From: Chara braunii
Taxonomy: Eukaryota; Plantae; Charophyceae
Direction: 5' to 3'
Assembly (NCBI GenBank): GCA_003427395.1
Contig: BFEA01000004.1
Location: 697,874 to 761,873 of the forward strand
DNA length: 64,000 nt
Made by a program: the position numbers and the translations under genes. The stretch's first letter is position 1; every line of letters starts with the position of its first letter. The notes beneath the pieces were generated by a model. The model was not told the DNA's origin. It saw only the letters and a list, made by a program, of their open reading frames with translations, and did no database searches. This document shows positions 52,207 to 64,000 of this stretch, piece by piece.

Positions 52207-53012
52207 NNNNNNNNNNNNNNNNNNNNNNNNNNNNNNNNNNNNNNNNNNNNNNNNNNNNNNNNNNNNNNNNNNNNNNNNNNNNNNNNNNNNNNNNNNNNNN
52301 NNNNNNNNNNNNNNNNNNNNNNNNNNNNNNNNNNNNNNNNNNNNNNNNNNNNNNNNNNNNNNNNNNNNNNNNNNNNNNNNNNNNNNNNNNNNNNNNNNNN
52401 NNNNNNNNNNNNNNNNNNNNNNNNNNNNNNNNNNNNNNNNNNNNNNNNNNNNNNNNNNNNNNNNNNNNNNNNNNNNNNNNNNNNNNNNNNNNNNNNNNNN
52501 NNNNNNNNNNNNNNNNNNNNNNNNNNNNNNNNNNNNNNNNNNNNNNNNNNNNNNNNNNNNNNNNNNNNNNNNNNNNNNNNNNNNNNNNNNNNNNNNNNNN
52601 NNNNNNNNNNNNNNNNNNNNNNNNNNNNNNNNNNNNNNNNNNNNNNNNNNNNNNNNNNNNNNNNNNNNNNNNNNNNNNNNNNNNNNNNNNNNNNNNNNNN
52701 NNNNNNNNNNNNNNNNNNNNNNNNNNNNNNNNNNNNNNNNNNNNNNNNNNNNNNNNNNNNNNNNNNNNNNNNNNNNNNNNNNNNNNNNNNNNNNNNNNNN
52801 NNNNNNNNNNNNNNNNNNNNNNNNNNNNNNNNNNNNNNNNNNNNNNNNNNNNNNNNNNNNNNNNNNNNNNNNNNNNNNNNNNNNNNTTTTTTTTTTTTTT
52901 TTTTAGCGCCCGTTTTTTGGGGACTACCGGTTGCTGGTCGATGGGTACCCCGCCCGACGCAGCGCGTTAACGGCCGCGTCGGATTTCTCAAGCAGGGCGA
53001 GGTACTGGTGGT
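51892..53012. mobile_element. TIR family C, long copy spanning an assembly gap
   Basis: TTAA|ACCACCA ... GGTACTGGTGGT|TTAA; pairing of the two ends across the gap is inferred. Confidence 0.55.
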
Positions 53013-54296
53013 TTAAATTTGCGAGCACACTTTTTTATGCCGTGTCTTTTATGTGCAATCATTCGGAATTCATCCCAGAAAGCCCCATGAATCTTGTAAA
53101 GAAATAGGTATTGATGTATGCGTTAATGTATGGTTGTATGTCAGAGTATGAGGATGGATGCGAATGTTGATCTTGTCAAGCGATGATCATTGAAGCACTG
53201 GGACCAGCGTCGGATTATCAGGTAAAATATATGTTTGCCTTTTTCTTGTGGAATTAGTAGTGTGTTTGTAATGGATGTGTGCGACTTCAATTTATTTCCT
53301 TCTTTTTTATAATCGTATCAAAAGCGTATTTCGTGCCCTCAATCGATCGACCCGACACGTCACTTATGCTCCCTTGAAGGGAGTAATGTGATCGATTGAA
53401 GGCATGTAATTCTCTCGACTTCGCACACTTCTTTCATGTTAATCATCTCGTGAGTAAATATTTTTGACGGTCGTTTTCACTTGGCAAGATCTTTGCTATT
53501 CTTGTCGCTAAGGATACCAACTGTCGTGTGTCTCTCTGATTTTTTTTTGTTGATGTAACTCGGAGTATATCTCTATCCCCTAAGCCCGGAAGAGCTTCTT
53601 CCGGAACTCTTCCATTACTTTCTTGGGTAATCCGCCACCCCGAGGAACATTGAAAACGAAGGATACTTCGAAATAATCCAGAGAACTACTTAGATTTTAT
53701 CATTTCTGGTTTGTGCACAGTGGATAAGTGTACATCGACCATGTGGACTGAGCCAGTTGAACCATTGGGACGTCAGCTTCTCGAGCCCCCTCGGCCACGA
53801 CCCTTCCCATCCAACGAGGACAAGACATGTTTTTGTGAGTGGGACGTAAGAGATATTGTCGTTATGATAGGCGGTCCTTATTACTTTCCATCGGAAGCCC
53901 GTTGTTCAAGATTTGTAAATGCTGGATTTGTGATAGTTGATACAAACTTTCCCCTGTTTTACTTCCCTTCAACGAGTTGATCGTCATCCCGTGGCCGACT
54001 ATGGCACCCCATTGGCCTCGTACTCTGTGCAACGATTGTCGCCGCACAGAGTGTGTTCGGGCCAAGGGATTCCACTATCGGACACGTGGCGAAGAGGATT
54101 ACAAGCAAAATGCAATAAGACTGCGACCCTCCAACTCGGATTCAGAGCTCTGTGACGAGCGTCATCGGTCCCTTGTGCGAAGCCGAGATCCTACGTGGGT
54201 TTCCCCTCCCTTCCGACCCAAAAAGAGGTCTCGCCCCGTGCGCATTGAAGTTCAAAGATACTTTTTGGACTAAGTGACCATTAAGAAAGCCCGCGT

Positions 54297-54700
54297 GTCC
54301 AGTTGATGTAGCTCAGTGGTTAGAGCACCGGTTGGAAATGCACATTATGGTATAAGGTTAGGGGTTCAAAACCCCGCAGCCTTGCGCATGGACACTGGCA
54401 GGGCGTTAGATTGACGCACCGCTGGACACGCATCCCCTTGGGCTGACATGGTACTATTACAGACACTGCCTGCGCACCACCCAAGGGTAGTCCACGGTGT
54501 TGTATGTTGGTTGTGGGTTTCACAGGGTCTGCTTGGGGTGTTGGTCTCGGGTGTTCTGATGTTCTCCCCAGTCTGGCATATTCCAGTAGTTGTTCATACG
54601 GTAGAGTCTTGGATTACATGTTACAAGGTCACAGGTTCAAGCTTGGTTCGGTCATTGGGGGGGGTCCTTGTCCAGCTGGCCCCGTTCTCTCCTCGATACA
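54297..54700 (+). mobile_element. SINE family 2 copy
   Basis: TAGCTCAGTGGTTAGAGC...GGTTCAAAACC; shared core CTATTACAGACACTGCCTGC; second module GGTAGAG...GGTTCAAGC. Confidence 0.52.
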
Positions 54701-54759
54701 CAATTCACAGAGTACATACACACATAGCTTGCGAAATATGTATCGCTTACTACAGGTTG

Positions 54760-55856
54760 CATAGAGAGAAAATCATACAAAAATTGATATAACTTAAGAA
54801 GAAGAAGACGTGAGTTTTACTATCATGGCGACATTAACTTCTCCCCTACATGCCTCGACATCACACCACCGAGGATCTCAACCCTTCCACTCATTTGCCA
54901 CTCAGGCTGAGGAATGAAACCATCTACCCCCTATAAATATAAGTTTACGGACATACTCTCACCCGTACGCGGGCATTCCCGGTCGACATGTTACTCATCA
55001 ACCCGGTGTTCTAGTCCCTATGCATTGGCCCGTCTGAAACCTGGTCACAAGCTGCCCTGACCTTCATTTTTCGCGCGAAAAGGCGCTCGGGTGGACGCTC
55101 TGCCAGCCTCCTCGAAGAACCAAGTCTGTTGAGCGGTACCTGGCCACTATTAACGCTAAATACGTTCCTGCGAAAAACTCGCTAAAAACGCTCGGGCGAC
55201 AACTCTGCCATCCTCCCCGACGAACCAAGTCTTCTGACAGGTACCTGGCTAACATTACCTGCAAAAAACATTCCTGTGGAAAACAACCTGGTACTCCACG
55301 AAAAAACTCGATAGGGCCGAGTCCTTGAGTTTTACCCGACGATCCAGACCCCCTTGCAGAAGAGCCAATGAGAGTCCAGACAAAACCAGAAAAATCCAGA
55401 ACATGCAGAACAATGAAGAAAAATAGACAAAAGTAGAAAAATGGAGGTCACACCAAAAACACTAGACGCACCGGCGCGCCTCAGTCCGATGGTGGAGCAC
55501 GCAACTCAAGCCAAAAACGCCCAGTTGGTATCCATAAAGTCTCCCGCGTATCACGTACCCGGCTCTGTTGGATAACCCACGATTACCTGTCAGCAAGCTA
55601 TGTTTCAATCGCACAGGACATATCTTTCCAGATCCTGCTGCCATCTCGCCGATACATCCAGTCCAACCCTGCCAGCACGACTTTATCAGGGTAGTTTGCC
55701 TTTCGGAGCTCCTCGTTAAGGCTGAGGATATTGAGAAACGTGATCCCCACTTGGTTGGAGTTATTGGAGATTCTGAGAATGGTATTGGCAACAGTCGCAA
55801 ACTTCGCCAGGCGAGGCCCAAATGGGGCGAAATCTTCGTACGTTCAGAATTTCAGG
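54760..55856 (-). repeat. PLE 3' pseudo-LTR
   Basis: Direct repeat of 60963-62057 with scattered substitutions. Confidence 0.92.
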
Positions 55857-57736
55857 GGGCCAGCATCCCAGATCGAGTTTCCGTTCTTAAACTTATGAAA
55901 CATCACCAGGGCTGCTTCGTTAATAACCAACATACGAGTCTCAAGAAAATCAAGGATCCCTGTACCCGTGTCCGTGCGTTCAAGCTGCAGTCCATCGGGA
56001 TAGCAGCTGGTGACACGATCCAGTCGATCCTTGGCAAGCTGACGGCTCACTTGGTCACCTTTCTTGAAGAAGGCAATTATTAACAGGTCGTCAATATATG
56101 GTTTCCCCGAAATCAGGCGAGCATCACTTCCAAGCTCAGATAAAAAGATGAACTCAGCGCACATACACATCACGCAAGCAAAGGGAGGGCTTGCCCTCCC
56201 ACCCATAGGAATCCCATGCTTCTGTCGGAGGATCAGTCCAGAGACTATAAAGAATGTATTGTCCAGTTGGAAGTTGGTTAAACTTACCAACTTGCTCAGT
56301 CGGATTGACTTCCACCCAGCTTCCCCGTGAGACTTGCCAAATGTGGCTAGTTTCTTCCGGGGGTTAATTCGAATCCATTTAATCCCTCCCTGCTGAAACA
56401 GTTCCACCATCCACCTAACAGCACGGATAATTTCCGTGTGGGGGAGTTGAGTAAACATTTCTTTGATGTCGTATGTGCGTGCTTCGAGCCCATAGCCCCT
56501 TGGTACCAATTGGTTAATCCTGGACACCTCAGGTTTCAGGTCGCTGATAGCCCGAAGGTTAAAGTTTGGTGCCTTCGTCCGCTTAATCAGCGCGTTCAAA
56601 GCCGTGGAAAGTAAACCGGAGGCAGTCCGGTAGGGCCTAAAGAAAGACGGAACCATGGGTCTTTTCTTTTCCTTGTCCTTCTCCTTCGACAGAACGTACG
56701 CATGTTGTACATCACCTTTGGGATCCCACTTACTGATCTCATCCAAGTGGTTCTTGCCATATCTCTTCCTCATCTCGGTGAGGACCATTTCTTTCGACGA
56801 CTGAATGGTCTCGTAATTTTCATTCTCAGTGTACATCTTCCGAAGCCCCATCTCATACAACTTGGGGCATTCAATCCAAGTCTCTGATGTGTTGCGGTCG
56901 AGGGGGGACAAGACCAAACCCGACAGAGACTGCCCAATACCTTTAACGTACTCACTCAAAACACAACCATCAGGCTTTGGTACCCCGACCTTGCAAACGG
57001 ATAACAAATTCACCTGAATCTCCCCTTGTACCACGCCAGTCCGTCGAAGCTCTGAGATGGCAGTATTACAAGCCATATTCAGAGCATCCTTGCTAGTAAA
57101 TATTACAGGGAAGGAAACATTTTTTAAGTTAAACAGGAAAGGGTCAATGCCATCCAATTCGCTTAGTTTGACTGCAACACGCCCATTTAACTTAGGCAGT
57201 TCAAAGCCAGCGCATACACAGTCAAAAACATATGCTTGCGCAAATGGCTTCTGGTTATGCAACAGGTCTCCGACATTATGGCCTTTCATCCATACTGCTC
57301 TCGTCCTCCTAGCATACAAGTCAGCAAGCGAAATTGGAACAACATGTGACAGAATCCAGTCCCTCACAGCAACAACAACTCGGTTTTTGTCTACAGTAGT
57401 ACAGAAGGGAATTTTAACAGTAATACTCAATCTTGGGTTAATGTCAAACTTCCGTTTGAAGACATTTGTAAGGATACCCCGAATGATCTGACGGCCACGC
57501 TGCTGGTTAATGGTCTTAACCCCATTATTAAAGTCAATTAATTCTTCTAAAGAGCAGGCATACAAATCTCTCCTTTTCCAGGGCGCACGCAGGAGGGCAA
57601 TAAGGTGCGCTTTCATCAGATCAGACTTAGTTTGAGTTCTAAGTAATTGGGTGATGAACCAACAACCACCTGACTCAATTGAAGTCTTAGCATAACAACT
57701 TTTTTTCACCATCACACTCGATCTTAGAAAAGCCAA
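55583..57736 (-). pseudogene. PLE reverse transcriptase region (linker, RT, thumb) with two premature stops
   Basis: TYDIKEMFTQLPH, QKHGIPMGGRASPPFA, YIDDLL, FLET; the frame continues past TGA (55844) and TAG (55598), which read CGA and TGG in the other repeat copy, to TAA at 55583. Confidence 0.88.
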
Positions 57737-57913
57737 ACAGCAAAGTCACCAGTGGCCATGCTTTCAACCAGCGATACCCCGACTTATTGCTAATACTCAC
57801 AGGATTGCGGCTTCTCCGCTTATTCAGCAGTTTGAGAATCCTCAGTAGGTCTGGTTCCTGGCAGATCTTAAGATCAGGACAGTCAAAATAAGCATCCCCC
57901 CTCTAAACACCTT

Positions 57914-58354
57914 TTATCTCCGGCAGAAAACTCGATAGGGACGAGTTCTCAGTAGGTCTGGTTGAAAAAACAGAGGTTCAGATATGGCAGCCAAGGGCGG
58001 CCGACAACCTGAACGCTTCTTCCCCCGACCCTTCCGAGAAGACTTAGCAAGCCTGCGACCCATTGAGTTCAAGCCTGGGTTGTGACCCTGAATAATCTTA
58101 GGTTCAATACCCTCAACAGCGAGGGCGGCACCAAACCAGATGGGAATTGAAACATAGTGTTTGATACCAACCTTACGCAACCAAGAGTGTACCGGCTGTT
58201 TGCTACTGGTTTTTACAGCCCTGCAGTGCTCGGACCACCTCTCCCTCAGTGGGCGGATAGTCTTCCCAACGTACACCAACTTAAAGTCTATTGACATGAG
58301 TGCATACACGCAACATCGGCCATCAAGCAGGCTGCCCCACTCTCCATCAGTCAT
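57914..58354 (-). pseudogene. GIY-YIG endonuclease domain of the PLE
   Basis: VYALMSIDFKLVYVGKTIRPLRERWSEH...E...LN; disconnected from the RT frame by lesions. Confidence 0.85.
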
Positions 58355-58528
58355 GCGCAGCCAGAAGGGTAAGTAAGCCCGTCCCTATGCAATGTCCCCC
58401 CTTAGGCAAGCCAAAAGAACAATCAAGACCTTGATCTTATCCATCAACACCTGCAGCGAACTATCAACAGAACATTGCAAGGCACTAATGCGCCTTGATG
58501 CTCTTTTTAAGGAGCGAAAGCTTCCTAA

Positions 58529-60218
58529 TCAGTTACCGGCAATTGAGTCACCACCCTTCTCGTTCCCAGACTCTGGGTTATCACAGTTCCTCGCAGTTGT
58601 CTTGCGAGAGGGCTCAGCGCCCCTGTTCCCAACGTTCACCCCATTTGGGGCATTACCATTTAGTTGGTCCGCGTATTCTTGCAGATCCAACCTCGCTAAT
58701 TCCCAAGCTGCTGGTTCCTTACGAAAGTAAGAAATTTCTCTCTGCTTGCATAGTTCCTGCACCCTGGTATAATGCAAGGACATGTAGAAGTCCTGCCGCA
58801 TTTTCATATACACGGCCAACCCGCCTTCATCAACCTCTTCTTCCTCATGGTCAGGGGTGTTCACGGCAACATCCACATCTTCATTGTCCTCTTCCTCCAT
58901 TCCATGCTCCTTGACAGGCTGTTCCTCAGGATCCACCGCCGGCTGCTTGCCTTTGACGTCGGCGAGACTTTGTGCGATCGCGACCGAGACTTTGTGCAAT
59001 CGAGGCCAGCATCTTCTTCACCTCGGATAAGTCACTGCTCTTCTCCAGTTTTTCACTCAAGTTTTGTCGCACCTGACCGATATCACTGTCTTCCTCGTTA
59101 GAAGAGATTTCAACTCGGCGCGATCTCCCTTTCGAACTTCCTCTCGATTGGGACTTCGTGTTGTTGGCAGGCGTCACAGCAGCGGGCGCTACAGCAGCCA
59201 CTCGCTTTCGCTTCTCGCTACTCGCTTCCTTCTTGACCTTCTTGAGGGCAGCCTTCTCCGCTCTTAGTCGCATTAGCTCCTCCTTCTCGATGGCCACCAG
59301 CTTGGATTCGGAGTCCACTTCCTCAAGCTTCTGGGTGATTAACTTCAGTGAATCTCCGAAGGTCGAAGTAACCCATGCCTTCATATCGTCGGTCTTACAG
59401 TTCGAGCGGACTTCTGACCTGCAGCTCTCGTTTGTGCTGTCCGAAATCCGCACGCCACCCATCCTGCCTCCAGAAATCTTCCTCTTCGCAACGTTGAGAA
59501 CTTTTTTCGACTTTATATCCTCCAAGATGTCCATGTATTCTTTTGTAAAATATGCCCGGTTACCTGGGTCTGGAAAAGCATTCGCAGTCGGACCTTTCCC
59601 ATGGTTCTGATTAGACAATCAACCATCGCCATTTGTTTGAGCTTTGGAATCGAGAAGATCACCATTCTGCGAGCTTGGTACTTGGACGCTAGGTAATTGC
59701 ACATTAGATGGTTGAGGAAGAGGCAGAGGAAGAGGATTCCCAGCAGGGGGCATTTGCCATGGAATGACAGCAGGCCATTGTGCAGTAGTCGGCCACGCCT
59801 GCATAGCCCATGGTGCAACAATCGGTGGCATAGCATACTGCGGGTGAGTTCCGCTATTCACCGGGACGAACGGTGCTGCATTCGTCGGAGGTACCTGTTG
59901 CTGCACCGGCGGTAGCTGCTGCTGCGCACCTTGCGCTTGTACAGTGGGCACAACATACGTTGGCACAATGCCCGGAGGCGCAGGCGCAGGATTATACTGC
60001 CCGGTACCAACTTGATTTGGCAGCTGATGTCCGCCATTCATGTTCGTCCAGTACCGACCACAGCTCGACCAGCGGCCACGCCTAGCTCCTCGGCTCCCGC
60101 TACGACTCAGCATGGAGAAAGCAAACATTATCCACCCAAGGCCCAGGCTAATCTTGTTCTTCACTTCGTTGAACTTTGTATCAGTCTGTAGCTCGGAGGT
60201 CCGGAAGCGCAAGAACAT
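58529..60218 (-). pseudogene. N-terminal region of the PLE (P/Q-rich, coiled-coil-like, SAP-like), broken into three ORFs
   Basis: Consecutive minus-strand ORFs 59619-60218, 58926-59618 and 58529-58999; YMSLHYTRVQELCKQREISYFRKEPAAWELA resembles a SAP helix-turn-helix. Confidence 0.6.
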
Positions 60219-60962
60219 GAGGTAAGGTGGACAGCCTCCTTATCCCACCCGATGTGTAGAGCGCCGCACCCGTAAGAGGGGTATGACACATGCAACTTCG
60301 CTTGCGCAGGCGCACCCGTCCACTTTCCCTCCCAGATACACCCGGATGTGCGAAGATACGCAAGGAGAGCGTTGCGAAGATGACGCAGATGACGTAGATG
60401 TTGTAGATAACTTGGAAAGACGTGGATGACGTAGATGACGCACCGTCCACCTTCCGCTACTCTTCCCCGGCTATTAGACAGACACGCAAGTACACACTCT
60501 CACTGCGTCAAAAGGCCGTTCCGAGCAAGCGTCCCAAATCGCAGCTTACAGGCGATGGGATCCGCCACCACCTCGGATATCACCACTGATACTACCCAGC
60601 GCTTCATACGAGAACATCAGTGCAGCACTACCGACTCTACACAAAAAGTCAGCGACGCGTAATCATCCACGCTCCCCCTTGGTAACTGCGGCTGAGACAG
60701 GATATACTCCACCAGTGGTAAGCATGAAAATAGTGAAAGCCATGCTCCCAAGATAACAAAGGCAATGGAGATCGCAAATGAGGAACGAAAAGCATTTAAT
60801 CGGTCAATCGATTGACTAAGTAATTGATAAACAAATAAATGATTACATGAATGAATGATTGATTAGACATAGGAACACAAAGCAAGCACGATCTCGCAAG
60901 GGAGATTCGGCACCTCAGATTCGTGCCCAAGCCACGGCAAGGTCGAATTTGAGGCTGCGTAC

Positions 60963-62057
60963 CATAGAGAAAATCACAGAAAAATGGATATAACTTAAGA
61001 AGAAGAAGACGTGAGTTTTACTATCATGGCGACATCAACTTCTCCCCTACATGCCTCGATATCACACTGCCGAGGATCTCAACCCTTCCACTCATTCGCC
61101 ACTCAGGCTGAGGAATGAAACCATCTACCCCCTATAAATATAAGTTTATAGACATACTCTCACCCGTACGTGGGCGTTCCCGGTCGACATGTTACTCATC
61201 AACCTGGTGTTCTAGTCCCTATGCATTGGCCCGTCTGAAACCTGGTCACAGGCTGCCCTGACCTTCATTTTTCGCGCGAAAAGGCGCTCGGGTGGACACT
61301 CTGCCAGCCTCCTCGAAGAACCGAGTCTGCTGAGCGGTACCTGACCACTATTAACGCTAAATACGTTCCTGCGAAAAACTCGCTAAAAACGCTCGGGCGG
61401 CAACTTTGCCATCCTCCCCGACAAACCAAGTCTTCTGACCGGTACCTGGCTAACATTACGTGCAAGAAACATTCCTGTGGAAAACAACATGGTACTCCAC
61501 GGAAAAACTCGATAGGGCCGAGTCCTCGAGTTTTACCTGGCGATCCAGACACCCTTGCAGAAGAGCCAATGAGAGTCCAGACAAAACCAGAAAAATCCGG
61601 AACATGCAGAACAATGCATAAAAATAGACAAAAGTAGAAAAATGGAGGTCACACCAAAAACACTAGACCCACCGGCGCGCCTCCGTCCGATGGTGGAGCA
61701 CGCAGCCCAAGCCAAAAACGCCCAGTTGGCATCCAGAAAGTCTCCCGGGTATCACGTACCCGGCTCTGTGGGATAACCCACGATTACCTGTCAGCAAGCC
61801 ATGTTTCAATCGCACAGGACATATCTTTCCAGATCCTGCTGCCATCTTGTTGATACATCCAGTCCAACCCTGCCAGCACGACTTTATCACGGTAGTTTGC
61901 CTTTCGGAGCTCCTCGTTAAGGCTGAGGATATCGAGAAACGTGATCCCCACTTGGTTAGAGTTATTGGAGATTCCGAGAATGGTATTGGCAACAATCGCA
62001 AACTTCGCCAGGCGAGGCCCAAATGAGGCGAAATCTTTGTACGTTCGGAATTTCAGG
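60963..62057 (-). repeat. PLE 5' pseudo-LTR
   Basis: Direct repeat of 54760-55856; begins inside RT C-terminal coding sequence. Confidence 0.92.
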
Positions 62058-62582
62058 CTGGGGAGCTAGTCTACACAAGTTTCCACACATGATACTGTCT
62101 ACACAGATTCACAAAATATATACACAAAACAACAGGTTGGGGAGCTAGTCACTGGTGGGGTCTAGTGCCTGCAATAGGTTCAGGTAGGTTGGATAGGGTG
62201 CCATTGGGTGCAGTTCCTACTGACATTCGGATAGAACTGTTTGGTGGCTATATATATATGGGGCCTGTAGTTCATTGTCTGGGCCTGGCGTCCGAAGTTC
62301 CCATTCGACAAGGTTCGTCCGATTCAACTTCCACCAGGGCTGGCCAATCTATCAACCCTGGTGCCTGTCACTGCTGTTCGGTCCAAGTTGCCTGTCCGTT
62401 GGTAGGGCAATGGTCCTGAGTGCTGGTCACACTGAGGTAGAATAGTGGGATAGGGGGTGCGCTAGGAGTATTGACGTGAGGATGGGTTGGGAGGTGGTCT
62501 CATATTCCAGGATACCCACGGCTCACAGTTCCAGGTGATCACTGTGCACACACTGACTGGCCTCTACAACACCCGGGACTTA

Positions 62583-62614
<32 letters not shown>

Positions 62615-63121
62615 GCCCGCTTCCCCAACCTCTCCACCTATCGCTCGTCGCTCCATGTCTGGGACCACACGAGATATTTCAGTTTTGTCTGTGTCTCCAT
62701 ACTCAATTTTCCAAAAATCCTTGGGACACCCCATTTTGCCGCTTTCTGGGCCCCTTTTTCGCGCTTAAGTCACTCTGACAAGGAAAGCAGAGCAGGGCGT
62801 AAGGTTGAACGTCACATGGGTGGCTGTCATCCGTTTAGTATCCCACCTCTACAACAACCTGGGCTTTTAGAAAAAAAAGAAAAAGAACAGAAATGAGGCC
62901 GGGGGAAATCCTCCACAAAGAACTCGGAAAGGAACAATAGTGGGAGTCTGGGACCATTACCCGGCTTAGGTGCAGGCATTGGGGCTTGCACAATCTTCAA
63001 CAGCTGATGCTTTCCTTCCCAGAGCTCCCTCGATCTCAGGTACAACCCCATATCACAAGACCTGGGGAGTATTTAATGGAGTTTTTGGTTCTGTTTTATT
63101 TCTTATTTATGTGTGGGTTAA

Positions 63122-63264
63122 ACCACCAGTACCCTTCCCTGCTTGAAAAACAAATATGCACCCGTTAACACGGAGGCCGCATTTGGTTGGCGGTGGTGGC
63201 CAGATGCGCCCGCAAAGCTTGGCGCACAGGGCCCCAGTCGATAGCTGAGAAAGGTACTGGTGGA
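63122..63264. mobile_element. TIR family C, short copy
   Basis: TTAA|ACCACCAGTACC ... GGTACTGGTGGA|TTAA. Confidence 0.72.
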
Positions 63265-64000
63265 TTAAGTCAGGTTTGGGTGGGGAGGGAACCAGTGTGT
63301 AGTAGCAGTTATCTGGCGCCCGACACAGGGTGAAGAGGTTCCTGTCCCCTCTCCATCTACTGGCTCAGTCAATGCTCCAGTGGTCATCTCACAGATCCCC
63401 TTTCAGACAAGTCTCCAATTCATTATGTATCTGGGACGTTGGACCCGTTCTCCAGCAGGTGATGCTCCCCACCAATAGATGGAGCCTCTCCCCTGTGCAC
63501 TGCAAGGGACTGCATTTAAAAAAAAAAAAAAGAAAAAAAAAAGAGGTTTAGAAGCGTGCTGTTTTCTGACTGATATACCACGGAGGGCATCGAGACGCAG
63601 CATGGAGGGTGCTGGGCGGTGCAAGGAGCCTGAGTGGGAGCCATCGCCCAGTGTGCAGCAGGGCAGGGGGAGTTGTTGGTAGGCAGTGTGCGGATTGGGC
63701 TAACGGCCTGGAGGATGCGGCTCCACGAGTTTGTGTGTGGTTTGCCTTTCATGCTTTTTCCACGCTGCTCTGCAGGGCCACCTTCTGGGTCCTCGAAGTT
63801 GTGTACCCGTATCGCAGGTGCGGGCTTGAGAGGTGTTCAGTCGTGGGGGAGGGGGGGTTCCCCACCTGTCAACTTCGCTGAACGTGAGGGCATACTTGCT
63901 CCAGGACTTGCTAGAATTTTTTGAAGGTGATCGCAGTCAGATTCATCGAAATTGAGTCCAGTCGTAACTGCAGTTAGATACATTTATCCTAGTGCCGCAC

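Larger units (their letters stand above)
54760..62057 (-). mobile_element. Penelope-like retroelement with endonuclease N-terminal to RT (Chlamys/Naiad-type architecture), near full length
   Basis: ~1.1-kb direct repeats (pseudo-LTRs) that include the ORF 3' end; GIY-YIG followed by a PLE-type RT. Confidence 0.88.

Noticed and set aside
53711-54273. Short ORFs as a possible host gene
   Set aside because: No recognisable domain or consistent splice structure.
54900-55010. Possible hammerhead in the PLE pseudo-LTR (TTGATGAG on minus; CTGAGGAATGAAAC on plus)
   Set aside because: No stem II or stem III can be built around either motif.
55844-55846. In-frame TGA in the PLE ORF as possible selenocysteine, as known for some Naiad elements
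   Set aside because: The duplicate copy has CGA (Arg) at this codon, so simple CpG deamination explains it.

Overview
Repeat-dense eukaryotic nuclear DNA with several N-gaps. It is most likely a charophyte green alga such as Chara, inferred from the charalean-type 5S sequence, plant-type U6 and mitochondrial trnS, and a plant-type Rab6. The only intact host gene is a six-exon Rab6/RabH1 GTPase on the minus strand (18393-36901, 215 aa, C-terminal CxC). Nearly everything else is mobile DNA: a near full-length Penelope-like element with GIY-YIG upstream of RT and ~1.1-kb pseudo-LTRs (54760-62057); LINE relics; U6 and 5S retrocopies; tRNA-derived SINEs; a mitochondrial tRNA-Ser insertion; and non-autonomous TIR elements with TA, TWA-like, TTAA, 8-bp and 9-bp target duplications. 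The most striking signal is a ~120-160-nt repeat built around a type III hammerhead ribozyme. One copy is structurally complete (15366-15425). Three others begin 5-8 nt downstream of the predicted cleavage site, and the copies end in (TA)n or TA-rich sequence. Three copies sit at the same internal position of an 8-bp-TSD DNA transposon family. This looks like a retrozyme-like element riding a DNA transposon, with a Penelope-like element as a possible mobiliser. A ~4-kb decayed coding-like island (46.5-50.3 kb) is a weak candidate endogenous viral element.
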